Below, piece after piece: positions 42,640 through 54,700 of a DNA stretch of 64,000 nt. The notes beneath the pieces are model-generated. The model worked only from the letters and a program-made list of their open reading frames with translations, was not told the origin of the DNA and searched no databases. Where the stretch lies: contig OX597816.1 in assembly GCA_951406725.2 (NCBI GenBank), positions 25,358,001 to 25,422,000 on the forward strand, read 5' to 3'. The stretch's first letter is position 1; the number at the start of each line of letters is the position of its first letter. Source of the DNA: Octopus vulgaris (Eukaryota). Position numbers and translations under genes: made by a program.

Positions 42640-45600
42640 CTACACACATATACACACAGACGCACATTTGATCTGTATAATAACAAAATTTGGCATAAAA
42701 GATATAGATAGCTAACACTTTAATAGATTACTGGATATTTTTGTTGATGTTATATTTCGAACCGATCATCTGGTCATGACGTATACTTCCCTTATATAAA
42801 AGCTCTCTGTGTTCTACTAACAGAAATTAAACAAGGAATATCAATGATAGTGTATTCTAATGTATTACCATACGTGATAAAATAAGGCTTTGAGCTTCAG
42901 TCTTAGAAGCACCATCAATATTCTACTGGAATATTTTAAAGTTTCTTCAAATGTTCAGTCCATAAATATACACAGGTATAATAAGGTTCTAATTTATTGA
43001 ATTTTACCTACAGGTTAATGAGGAAATTATATCAGAAGATTGTAAAACAAAGAAAATATGTAAACCTGGTAACGATATAGTAACAGAAAATATCACTCCT
43101 TGTGGTGAAAACAGCCATTGTGGAATTGAAAGTGGGAGATATGCCTGTGTTTGTAACGAAAATTTCATTCTTCAGAACGGAAAATGTGTTCCCGCTGGTG
43201 AGTAATGTTTTTATAATTATCATTAATGCATTTTCATTGAACTGGCAATTTTAGGAAAATACTTTGTTTTCAAGTATAATTGTAATACAGGTTTGAAATT
43301 CTTGTCGAAGCCCACTAATTTCAAATGAGGTGGTAAGTATATAAAATGGAGACCAGTCCTGAAGTAGCAGCTGTTCTATCGACACCTTAAGAATGCAAAG
43401 GCAAAGTTTACCTGGGCGGAATCTGGACCCAATATGCCAAGATGGATGAATTTCTACTAAGCGTTTCTTGCGGTGCAGAAATTATTCTGCCTACACGCTC
43501 CATTAATTCTTATAACAATGGTTACAAATTTTAGCAGAAGGTCAACAACTTCGTGGGAGGAGTTAAATTGATTACGTCAACAGAAGTGCTGAAGTGGTCC
43601 TTATTTGATTTTTTTCTGAGAGAATGAAAGGCAAAATCAACCACTGCGTTATTTGAACTCAGAACGTAAAGACAAACAACATGCGGCTAATCATTTTGCC
43701 CGGTGCAGTAACGATTCTGCCAGTTCGCTGCCTGAGCTACAGATAGAAATAACAAAATGCAAATATTAGGTTAACATCTCTTTGAACTGAATAAGTCAAT
43801 GATTGCCAGTGTGATGTGGACAAGATAAAGTTTAAACTTTACAAAATAAAGATTAGTTTTGAATATGAAAAAAATCTACCGTCCAATCTCACACAATCAT
43901 CAAAGTATTTAAGATAGTGTTGAGATCAAGAGTCACAGCCTTCCTGGAGCAAAATCATCTCTTTAAATTGCAACCAGCATGACTTTCGTGGTGTGAGGGA
44001 CTGTCTAATAGGGATCCTACATCACTTTGATGACATCTTAAATGCACTACATGAGGGTTCCAGCGTGGATGTCATACCCTTGATTTCAGCAAGGCTTTTG
44101 ACAGATGTGACCACAATATACTGTTAACCCTTTAGTGTTCAGATTACTCTGTTAAATGTAATACTTTTTTCACTCAAATTGTTTTGAATTAATCATGCAT
44201 TATCTTATAGCTTTGAAGTTTCAATGGTATGATAGTTTATTCTTAGAATGTCAATGTAGGTTAGGTGTGAGAGGCTAAATATGGCCAGTTTGAATGTAAA
44301 AACATGTAGGATATTTGGGCCGGATATGGCCGGCTTAAACACCTTAAGGACACATTCCAACGCTGGAGTCGGTGGAAAGCAGCATCAATGGATAAAGTAT
44401 TTCTTAACAAACAGGACACAGCATGTTGTGGTTGATGGCATCCATTCAAGACAAGCAAAAGTCATCAGTGGTGTCTCGCAGGGTACTGTGCTGGGACCAC
44501 TTCTTTTTATTGTCAATATCAATGACATCGCAGATTCCATTGAACATATCACTATTAAAATATTTGCGCATGACTCTAAGCTCCAGAAAGTCATTAAGGG
44601 AGCATATGATCGAACGCCACTTCAATCGGACCTATGCGCAGTAACCCATTGGACACACACAAAAGAAATCAATATGCAGTTGAAAGAAGTAAAATTTGAG
44701 CTCATCCTCTTTGGAAAAGTGGGCACACTCAAACAACCATATGCACTACCGTCGGGAAACCTACTTGATCCGTCGGATAATATCAGAAACTTAGGTGTAA
44801 TTGTCGACAGCAACCTTAGTTGGAGTGTGGACATCAACAAAAAAGTCGATGTTGCCTGCAGAATGTTCTCATAGATGCTCAGAACTTTTCAATCTAGGGA
44901 TTATGAAAACATCGTCCTTCTCTTGTCCACATTCGCTTGGCCCCACCTTGAATACTGTTTCCCATTATGGCTCCCTACAAAAAACAAGAGAAAGTGAGGA
45001 TCGAAGCGCACATAGTTCAATCACTAAAAAAAATAAATGGCATGATGGGTTTTGATTATTGGGCTTGAGTTAAAGAGCTGAAACTATTCTCTGCACCGCC
45101 GCCGAGAGCGATACCTTATGTGCAAATGGAGGCGTAATGGCCCAGTGGTTAGGGCAGCGGACTCGCGGTCGGAGGATCGCAGTTTCGATTCCCAGACCGG
45201 GCGTTGTGTGTGTTTATTGAGCGAAATCACCTAAAGCTCCACGAGGCTCCGGTAGGGGGTGGTGGCAACTCCTGTTATACTCTTTCGCTCCAACTTTCTC
45301 TCACTCTTTCTTCCTGTTTCTTGTCCCCGACTTCCTACGCAACCGCTGAGCCTGGATGTGCATTCATCCATCCGTCGATGCTCTCGGTGTCGGGGGTTGA
45401 CCTGCTTTCTCTTCTGCGGGTCTTACGAATAGCAAAGGACCACGCTTCGGACTTCTCCCACTAATGTGACGAAGACCGCTTCGCTCAACAAACAAACAAA
45501 CAAACCTTATGTGCAACATGTGGAAAATATTCCATCAATAATATCCAAACGATATTGGTATTGAGAATTCAGGCAAGACTAGGCCGCCGTGCAGTGCGTC

Positions 45601-46781
45601 CCCATCAAATGTCCATATCACATCACATAAGAACATTGCGACACAATTTCTTCACTGCAAATTGTCTTGCTCTTTTCAATGTTATCTCGAAAGAAATTAA
45701 AGTAGAAAAAGACCTCACAACTTTCAATCGGTGTGTGTGCTGGCAAGCATTTAAACAGTTTCTTTTATACATCTATGTAAATGAGAAAGATGGTTCGTAT
45801 CGTGACTTAGTTTTAGATAAATGACCTATGATTTTAAAAAAATAGCGTATTCCTTGTATAGCGACTGTAACTGGAGCCAATAGTGACCCTGTTGCTAGAA
45901 ATCAAGACCAATCGCCTTTAAAATTCAAAAGATACATTAGATGTTACTGTTCTAGATATCTTTAAAAAGATGGTGTGGTCGCCGCGGCTGGAAAGCCTTT
46001 GATTATATGTCAGCTTGATCAGGATTGACCTTTAGCTAAACAGATATAGTTTCTGAAGAATTAATTCTGACAAAAGACCGTTATAGCATGCCTATGATAT
46101 TGTCACTCATTGCAGATACCTCTAAAATGCATAATGATCGCAATATTTACGTAGATCTCGAAAACACAAATGTGTTATAATTCTAATATTTTAATATAGA
46201 TTTATATAATTCTATTTTCTTTTGAATGGTAAATCTCGGAAAAGACAAATCTACAAGAAACAGCGTGTAGGATTGATTTAACAACCCCTTGGATACACGT
46301 TATTCTTTATAGCTTTGTTTGATTCGAGATCCACTGTTTCAAAAATAACTATTATTTCATGTTGTCTTAAAATTTATAAATTCTTTTCACATTAAGAAAT
46401 ATTTATATTTCCTAGTTAATCCGTGCCAAAATAATCCGTGTAAAAACGGAGGAACTTGTATAAATAAGGATTTGGACTACACATGTCAATGTACTGCAAA
46501 CTATTTTGGACGTTTTTGCGAACAAGGTAAGCCTAACACATTCTACTATAATTCTATAATTCTGGTTTTGCTGTGTTATTTTAAAGGGGGTTAATTTTCA
46601 TATGATGCCTAATGCGATAAGGACGTTTTATTAAATCATATTTTCAACAATATTGCGATATTGTGATATTCGGCAGTATTTACCCAAAAGGTCCTGTCCC
46701 TGCTCCTCCTCTTCTTACTCCTCTGCTGCTGCTCCTGTTCCTCCTCATCCTCCATATCCTCATCATCACCATCATCATCAC

Positions 46782-46816
<35 letters not shown>

Positions 46817-46952
46817 GTCATTTGACTGCGGCCATGCTGGAGCACCGCCTTTGGTCGAGCAAATCGACCCCAGGACTTATTCTTTATAAGCCTAGTACTT
46901 ATTCTATCGGTCATCAAGCGATGTTGGGGGGGCCAAACACAGACACAGACAG

Positions 46953-46988
<36 letters not shown>

Positions 46989-49076
46989 GTATATGCATAC
47001 ATATACATATACATATACATATATATACGACGGGCTTCTTTCAGTTTCCGTCTACCAAATCCACTTACAAGGCTTTGGTTGGCCCGAGGCTATAGTAGAA
47101 GACACTTGCCCAAGGTGTCACGCATTGGGACTGAACCCGGAACCATGTGGCTGGTAAGCAAGCTACTTACCACACAGCCACTCCTGCGCATCTTTACATT
47201 TTGAGTTCCGTCGAGATAGATTTCGCCTTTCTCCCTTTCGGATTTAATAAGTACCACTTGAACATAAGAGGCGATGTAATCAACTAATATCCTTCCCCAT
47301 ACTTCAGTCCTTGCACCTATAGCAGAAAGAAATACTGGTTTTCAAAATTTGGCACAAAGCCAGCGAATTCCGGGGAGAGGAGGCTAATGAATTAGATCGA
47401 CCCCAGTGTATCACTGGTACTTATTTTATCGACTCCAAATGGATGAAAGGTAAAGTTAACCTCGGCGGAATTTGAACTCAGAACGTAAGGACAGACAGAT
47501 TGCCGCTAAGCATCTTTCTCAGCGTGCTAACCACTCTGCTAACTTATAGTAGGAAGAAATATTATAGTAGGAAACTCTTTCATGGTGTTCAAAAGTCCTT
47601 AAAAAATTACAAGATATTTTCATTCAAAACGGAATAACGACTATTCCTTCTTCGTCAGTTTTATCTCTAAATGTAAATATAAATGCAAATCAACCCCTGT
47701 GTTAAATTTAAATTCTGACATCCTCTTTGATGCAAAAAATAAAAAAAATATACATAACGTAAGAAGGAAACCATTCTTCTGAGATTTGTGATGTCAAAGA
47801 AAAATAAACATTTTATAAAGTATACAGAAAGAAATAAGTGCGTGCATCATGTAGAGAAAATAATTCGTATGTTTCGTGAAGATGTCCTTCACCGGAGAAA
47901 TATAGAGAAATAGACGAGGTGGCACTGAAAAGTTCCATGCCTTTGGGTAAAAGAAAATATAGGAGGATCAGTTAATTATAATTTTATTCAACATATTCCC
48001 CTCTCAGATTTCATTTTTTTTCATTTTTTCCTTTCATCTAGCTTCAGCTCACGAGCTGTGGCCATGCTGGGGCACCGCCATTCGATGTTGCTACATAATT
48101 TTACTTCACGAATGCTTTTTAGCAATTGACATTTGGTGTATGAGAGAGTTTGATGCAGCTGCCTTCATCTGCACCTCCTGCCGTGAAGTTGGTTCATCTG
48201 GGACACCTGACAGAAAGAGGTCCAGCTTTATTTTGAAGACATCTGCATCCACCCCATGCAGGTCTCTCAGGTCCTTCGGGAGGATATTGAAGAGCTGTGG
48301 ACCTCTGAAGTCCAGGCTATCGCAATATCTTGTCCTACATCTTGATCTCAAATTTGGAGTCCTTGGTACTATGCAGTGGCGCCCAGTTCAAATTAATATA
48401 CTTATTGTAGCGATCTTTCAGTTTTATAAACCCTATAAACAGAACACAGTAGTTTGGGCCTCCAACGAAGCCTTTGGCGATACCCTTTAAGCCAGGAATA
48501 TTAATAATTCTTTCCGTACTCGAAATTCGTAAATAGCGATTAAATGTGATGTTATGAGACTCGCTGTGTGTTTTACTTCCTATTTACTATTTCCTGTCTT
48601 TATTTTTCAGTTAGAAAATGTACATGTAATGTTTATGGTGATCGTCATTACAAGACGTTTGATGGAGAAAGGATATACTTCGTGGGAGGCTGTAAATATT
48701 CTTTGGCGACAACTAAACAAGGATACAATAACACATATTTTTCTGTCGAAGTAAAGAATGAACATCGAAGGATTGAACATGTCACTTATACGCGCTCTCG
48801 CTCTCTGGATATAAAGTTGGAAAATAATACCACAATAAGCTTACTGCCAGCCAATAGAATTTTGGTAATGTGGAATATCTCTTCTTGTTGTTGTTGTTGT
48901 TGTTCTTCTTCTTCTTGTTCTTGTTCTTCTTCTTCTTCTGCTTCTTCTTCTTCTTCTTCTTCTTCTTCCTCTTGTTGTTGTTGTTGTTGTTCTTCTTCTT
49001 CTTCTTCTTCTTCCTCTTGTTGTTGTTGTTGTTGTTGTTGTTCTTCTTCTTCTTCTTCTTCTTCTTCTTCTTCCTC

Positions 49077-49108
<32 letters not shown>

Positions 49109-49645
49109 CTTCTTCTTCTTCTTCTTCTTCTTCTTCTTCTTCTTCTTCTTTTTCTCGTCGACAACTATGATTGTCACACGCCGATGATAGGTCAATACCT
49201 TGAAACTCGAGTCCGTGTGTATCATAAGTTGAAGACGGGAAGGATGACTTGCCTTCACAAATACTGATAGGGCACAGAAAGTGTGTCTATAGCCAGCTGG
49301 AAGAGGTGTCTTCCTGGGGCTACAAACTACAGTAGCATCCACCCTTAGGGGTTAGCCATATTCAAATGGCACGATATATATATACGTCACGATATATATA
49401 TATATTTATATATATATATATGTATGTATATATATATAAATCTCCCTGCCCCCCAAAAACAAGGAACAAACAAAAAACAACAATGCGTGTACGTGGTACA
49501 TGTAAAGTATTAACAGACGCTCAGGGAAGGAAAGATGGTTTACGTTTCGAGCAAAGCTCTTCTTCAGAAACAGGAGACAGAGGAAAGTCCTATAGAAAAA
49601 GGAGGAAAAAGATCGCCAACGATTCACATGTGGTTACATTTTGAA

Positions 49646-49683
<38 letters not shown>

Positions 49684-49706
49684 ACGCACACACACACACA
49701 CACACA

Positions 49707-49740
<34 letters not shown>

Positions 49741-51382
49741 CAAGAATAATAATAAGGCTTATTACGAAGTGGCATAGCATTATGTGATTATGTGATGGGA
49801 GCACTCCGTCGGTTACGACGACGAGGGTTCCGGTTGATCCGAATCAATGGAACAGCCTGCTCGTGAAATTAGCGTGTAAGTGGCTGAGAACTCCACAGAC
49901 ACGTGTACCCTTAACGTAGTTCTCGGGGATATTCAGCGTGACAGAGAGTGACAAGGCCGGCCCTTTGAAATACAGGTACAACAGAAACAGGAAGTAAGAG
50001 TGAGAGAAAGTTGTGGTGAAAGAGTACAGCAGGGATCACCACCATCCCCTGCCGGAGCCTCGTGGAGCTTTAGGTGTTTTCGCTCAATAAACACTCACAA
50101 CGCCCGATAGCATTATGTAACTGAAAGCCAACCGTAAACGATTTTATTAAATCCTTACTATTTACACACACACACACACACGCACACACACACACACACG
50201 CACACACACACAAGCACACATACTGTTTATATCATTTTCATTTATGTTTTTATTTTAGGTGAACTCAGTAGAACGATCTCCCCCAATCATAAAGTATGGA
50301 GACTTTTCTGCCAATTTCGCCGTCGGTTGGGTAACGGTTACTACCAGATGGGGATTGACAGTGAGATTTGATGGAAAACATCGAATTTCTGTGAGCCTTC
50401 CCTTATCATTCGCTAATAAACTGACCGGCATCTGTGGTAACTGTAATGGAATCAAAGATGATCTCCGCACAAAGTCTGGACAAGATGTTTCATCACACCC
50501 AAATAAATTTACTTTAATTGGAGATAGTTACCTCATCACTGATGACTCTGATAAGCTCGAAGATAGGTAAGAGCTAATTAGCTAATTATTCACAAATTAG
50601 AGTAACGATTGAGAGAATTATATTTTTCTAACATTGCAATTGGCAATGATAATTTTATATTTTTAAGCACTTATTATGGAAGCACTCCGTCGGTTACGAC
50701 AATGAGGGTTCCGGTTGATCCGAATCAACGGAACAGCCTGCTCGTGAAATTAACGTGTAAGTGGCTGAGCACTCCACAGACACGTGTACCCTTAACGTAG
50801 TTCTCGGGGATATTCAGCGTGACACAGAGAGTGACAAGGCCGGCCCTTTGAAATACAGGTACAATAGAAACAGAAAGAAAGAGTGAGAGAGAAAGTTGTG
50901 GTGAAAGAGTACAGCAGGGATCACCACCATCCCCTGCCGGAGCCTCGTGGAGCTTTAGGTGTTTTCGCTCAATAAACACTCACAACGCCCGGTCTGGGAA
51001 TCGAAACCGCGATCCTATGACCGCGAGTCCGCTGCCTTAACCACTGGGCCATTGCGCCTCTTTTAAGCACTAAACGTCTATACAATATGCTCTTTCAAGA
51101 CGAATACCGAAGTATTACGAGTTGTTATAATGCATACACATAAAGTTGGATATAAAGATAAGTATTCAGCACTGATGCTGTTTCCGTCGCTAATATCTAA
51201 AGAGAAGTGTATTGAAAGCTTATAAAGGGGCAGGCGTAGCTGTGTGGTAAGAAGCTTGTTTGCCAACGACATGGTTCCGTGTTCAGTCCCACTGTGTGGC
51301 ACCTTGGGCAAGTGTCTTCTACTATAGCCTCGGTCCTCGGGTCGGCCAAAGCCTTGTGAGTAGATTTGGTTGACGTATATAC

Positions 51383-51434
<52 letters not shown>

Positions 51435-51446
51435 ACACGCACATAC

Positions 51447-51526
<80 letters not shown>

Positions 51527-51691
51527 GCAGCGGGCTTCTTTCAGTTTCCGTCTACCAAATCCACTCACAAAGCTTTGGTCGGCCCGAGGCTATAGTAGAA
51601 GACACTTGCCCAAGGTGCCACGTAGTGGGACTGCACCCGGAACCATGTGTTTCGTAAGCAAGCTACTTACCACACAGCCACTCCTACGCCT

Positions 51692-51786
<95 letters not shown>

Positions 51787-54700
51787 GGTAGGGGTGTCTT
51801 CGTACCTGCGATTCCTTCGACTAAAAATTCTTCAAGGCGGTGCCCCAGAATGGCTGCAGAGTAACGACTGAAACGGGTAAGGGAGCACTAAATTAAGAGA
51901 GGAACAAGTGAATGAGATGATGCCCAGCTAAGACAATTAACGAAGTAATACATTTTATATTTTTTAAGTCTTGATGCAATCCTAAAATGTGAATGTATAG
52001 ATGAATAAATGAACGAAAGTACAAAATAAGTAAAATGCATGCACATAGGCGAAGGAGTGGCTGTGTGGTAAGTAGCTTGTTTACCAACAACATGGTTCCG
52101 GGTTCAGTCCCACTGCGTGGCACCTTGGGTAAGTGTCTTCTACTATTGCCTCGGGCGGACGGAAACTGGAAGAAGCCCGTCGTATATATGTATATATATA
52201 TGTGTGAGTGCGCGTGTGTGTTTGTGTGTCTGTGTTTGTCTCCCTAGCATTGCTTGACAACCGATGCGGGTGTGTTTATGTCCCCGTCACTTAGCGGTTC
52301 GGCAAAAAAGTCCCGGGGTCGAGTTGCTCGACTAAAGGCGGTGCTCCAGCATGGCCGCAGTCAACTGACTGAAACAAGTAAAAGAGTAAAAGAGAGAGAG
52401 AGTATGTATAAATATTAGCAATACACGTTCCTTTACATTCTTATTTTGCTTCAGTTGTAAATCGACTCCTGCGAACTACAATTGTGAAACGAACGAAACC
52501 GCGATGTGTGATGTCATTATTAACGGAAAGGCATTTCAGAAATGTGTTGAAATACTAGGCTCTACGCAGGCTGAACAGTTTATCGATTCATGTAGAATAG
52601 ACGTCTGTTCACATAAAAACGACGAAGATAATGTGCAAAAGGCTTTCTGTCAAATACTTGAAGGGTTTGCCAGTCAGTGCGAAAATGCTGGAGTTATTGT
52701 GGACTGGAGAAAAGAAGTCAGCTGTCGTAAGTTTTAATAACAATTTACTTCTTCTATCAAACCACATATATTCCCTTTCGGATTTTTTCGGTTTGAATGG
52801 CAGTTTTTAACATAATTTCTAGGTAACTAAAAAAATTTTAACTTCGTATACTGGTAGAATGTGTTTATAAAACATCTTTTTCTCTTGGTTTTATTGAGAC
52901 AATTCTATAGTTTGTAAGATATTTGTTATTTTTTTTCTTCAATTTCTGCAATTTCAACCAGTCAATGACCTCCATTGAGGTGAAAAACATTCTGTGCCGT
53001 ATGAATATGTCCCTCGTTTAAGAAACAGATTGGGTTTATTTACATTTGTGAAGAAAAAAAGATACCATTCCCTCCACCGCTAAAATAGATTGAAATGCAA
53101 TAGATCGATACTAGGGTCATAATTATGGGTGACAATTTCATAACACACCGCTAGAAAAAACTGCCGTTCAAACCGAAAAGATCCTCCCTTTCTTTATAAT
53201 ATAAGAAAAAACATCTTACTATGAAAGTAAATCTCACAGAATAATACATACAATAAATATCAATAAATATCATAGGAAATCTTATTCCTTATTTCTCAAA
53301 GAAGAGTGCGGATGACCAAGTGGATGAATAACCAGTCTAGAGTTTTGAATCCTGTAACTGACAGTATGTTGTTCATAGGTAAGATGGTGCCTAGATGTAG
53401 GCGCAGTATAGCCGAATGGTTAAGAACTATGTTTCGCAACTAATAGGGCTTGGGTTCGATCCCACTGCATGGCATCTTGAGAAAATCTCCTTTTCTATTA
53501 ATCTCGGTTCGACTTAAACGTTGTGAGGGAAATTTCGGGCAGATGGAAGCTGTACAGAAATCTGCCATGTGTACTGTACCTGTAATTAAAAAAAAAAACA
53601 GGTGACATTGTCACACACTGTGTCATTGTCATGCACCGTACCAATTCCCTCTACATGAGAATTATACACATCTATGAAATGTGTAGCTACTTTTACGTCA
53701 ATTTAGGAGCTAGTGATTTAGATAATCGAACAATTGAATCCTCATCGTTGAATGACGGAGATCCAACACTAACGACTCACCATCACCACTAACACCACCA
53801 CCACCACCGCACTGCATAAAACGAGCCATTCTAGACTCTATGCAGCGACGTCGTGATAAAATCTTGTATCCTTTTGTACTACTATATTTGTAGCTATATA
53901 ACTTAGACATACATAGACAAGAAAAAAAAAAAAGGATTTCGTTTTTGGGTTTGGTTTGCAAGATTCTTTATGTGAGTTCGTGTGTTGAAGCATATTCTGT
54001 TGTATCTTGGGTGAGTCATTTTCTTTTTGTGCCTTATAATCTAACACACTCACAAGACTATTGAAAAGGCTGCAAGACGCAACGAAAATTTTAGGAAAAT
54101 AAAAATAAGAAATAAGTGGAAATATTGATTTCTTAACTACCCACAACGAGCTAAACACAGAGGGGACAAACGAGGACAGACAAAGGGATTAAGTCGATTA
54201 CATCGACCCCAGTACGCAACTGGTACTTAATTTATCGACCCCGAAAGGATGAAAGGCAAAGTCGACCTCGGCGGAATTTGAACTCGGAACGTAACGACAG
54301 ACGAAATACGGCTACGCATTTCGCCCGGTGTGCTAACGTTTCTGCCAGCTCGCCGCCTTTAAGTGGAAATATTGCCGGTGAGTGTGTTAAATTATAAGGC
54401 ACAAAAAGAAAATGACTCTCCCCAGATACAACAACAAAAAAAACATGCTTAGTGAAAAACCTCATGGTATTATATTTCCTTTATAGTAGTTAGAAGGCAA
54501 CATTTTATAAAGGGAGAGTTTAATAGATTGAAACGAACCTGAGAGAGTAATTGTAATAATTATTTTTTTACTTGCGATTAAGAATGTAGAGAAAAATAGC
54601 CTAAGTCATCCCCAAATACTCTTTACTCTTTTACTTGTTCCAGTCATGTGACTGTGGCCATGCTGGAGCACAGCCTTTAGTCGAGCAAATCGACCCTAGG

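Larger units (their letters stand above)
1..43290 (+). repeat. Intragenic tandem segmental array (6-exon genomic unit including introns)
   Basis: C8 exon starts at 353, 11102, 19395, 26413, 32658, 40537. Introns are alignable between units; 1-352 is almost identical to 10750-11101. Confidence 0.95.
43860..45730 (+). mobile_element. Old degenerate CR1/L2-group LINE with nested insertions
   Basis: [37 protein letters not shown]; many stops and frameshifts. Confidence 0.75.

Noticed and set aside
353-43197. Cluster of separate short genes or pseudogenes
   Set aside because: The ORF-track starts and stops are intronic. Exon phases chain continuously across unit borders, with no start, signal-peptide or terminal exons between units.
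1-43290. Array as a pure assembly artefact
   Set aside because: Every unit has private SNPs, indels and TE insertions with TSDs. Exact copy number still needs long-read confirmation.
45128-45200. tRNA genes (also 50990-51060, 59824-59895, 61740-61812)
   Set aside because: tRNA-like heads continue into a shared SINE core, with tails and in several cases TSDs.
46653-46998. Poly-His / poly-Asp ORFs
   Set aside because: (CAT)n microsatellite abutting a SINE tail.
47860-47900. Possible minus-strand hammerhead remnant (CCGGTGAAG...CGAAACATA)
   Set aside because: Core has two mismatches and no convincing stems.
48782-49342. Poly-Lys/Asn, poly-Arg/Thr and poly-Leu/Phe ORFs
   Set aside because: Alternative frames of the (TTC)/(TTG) microsatellite.
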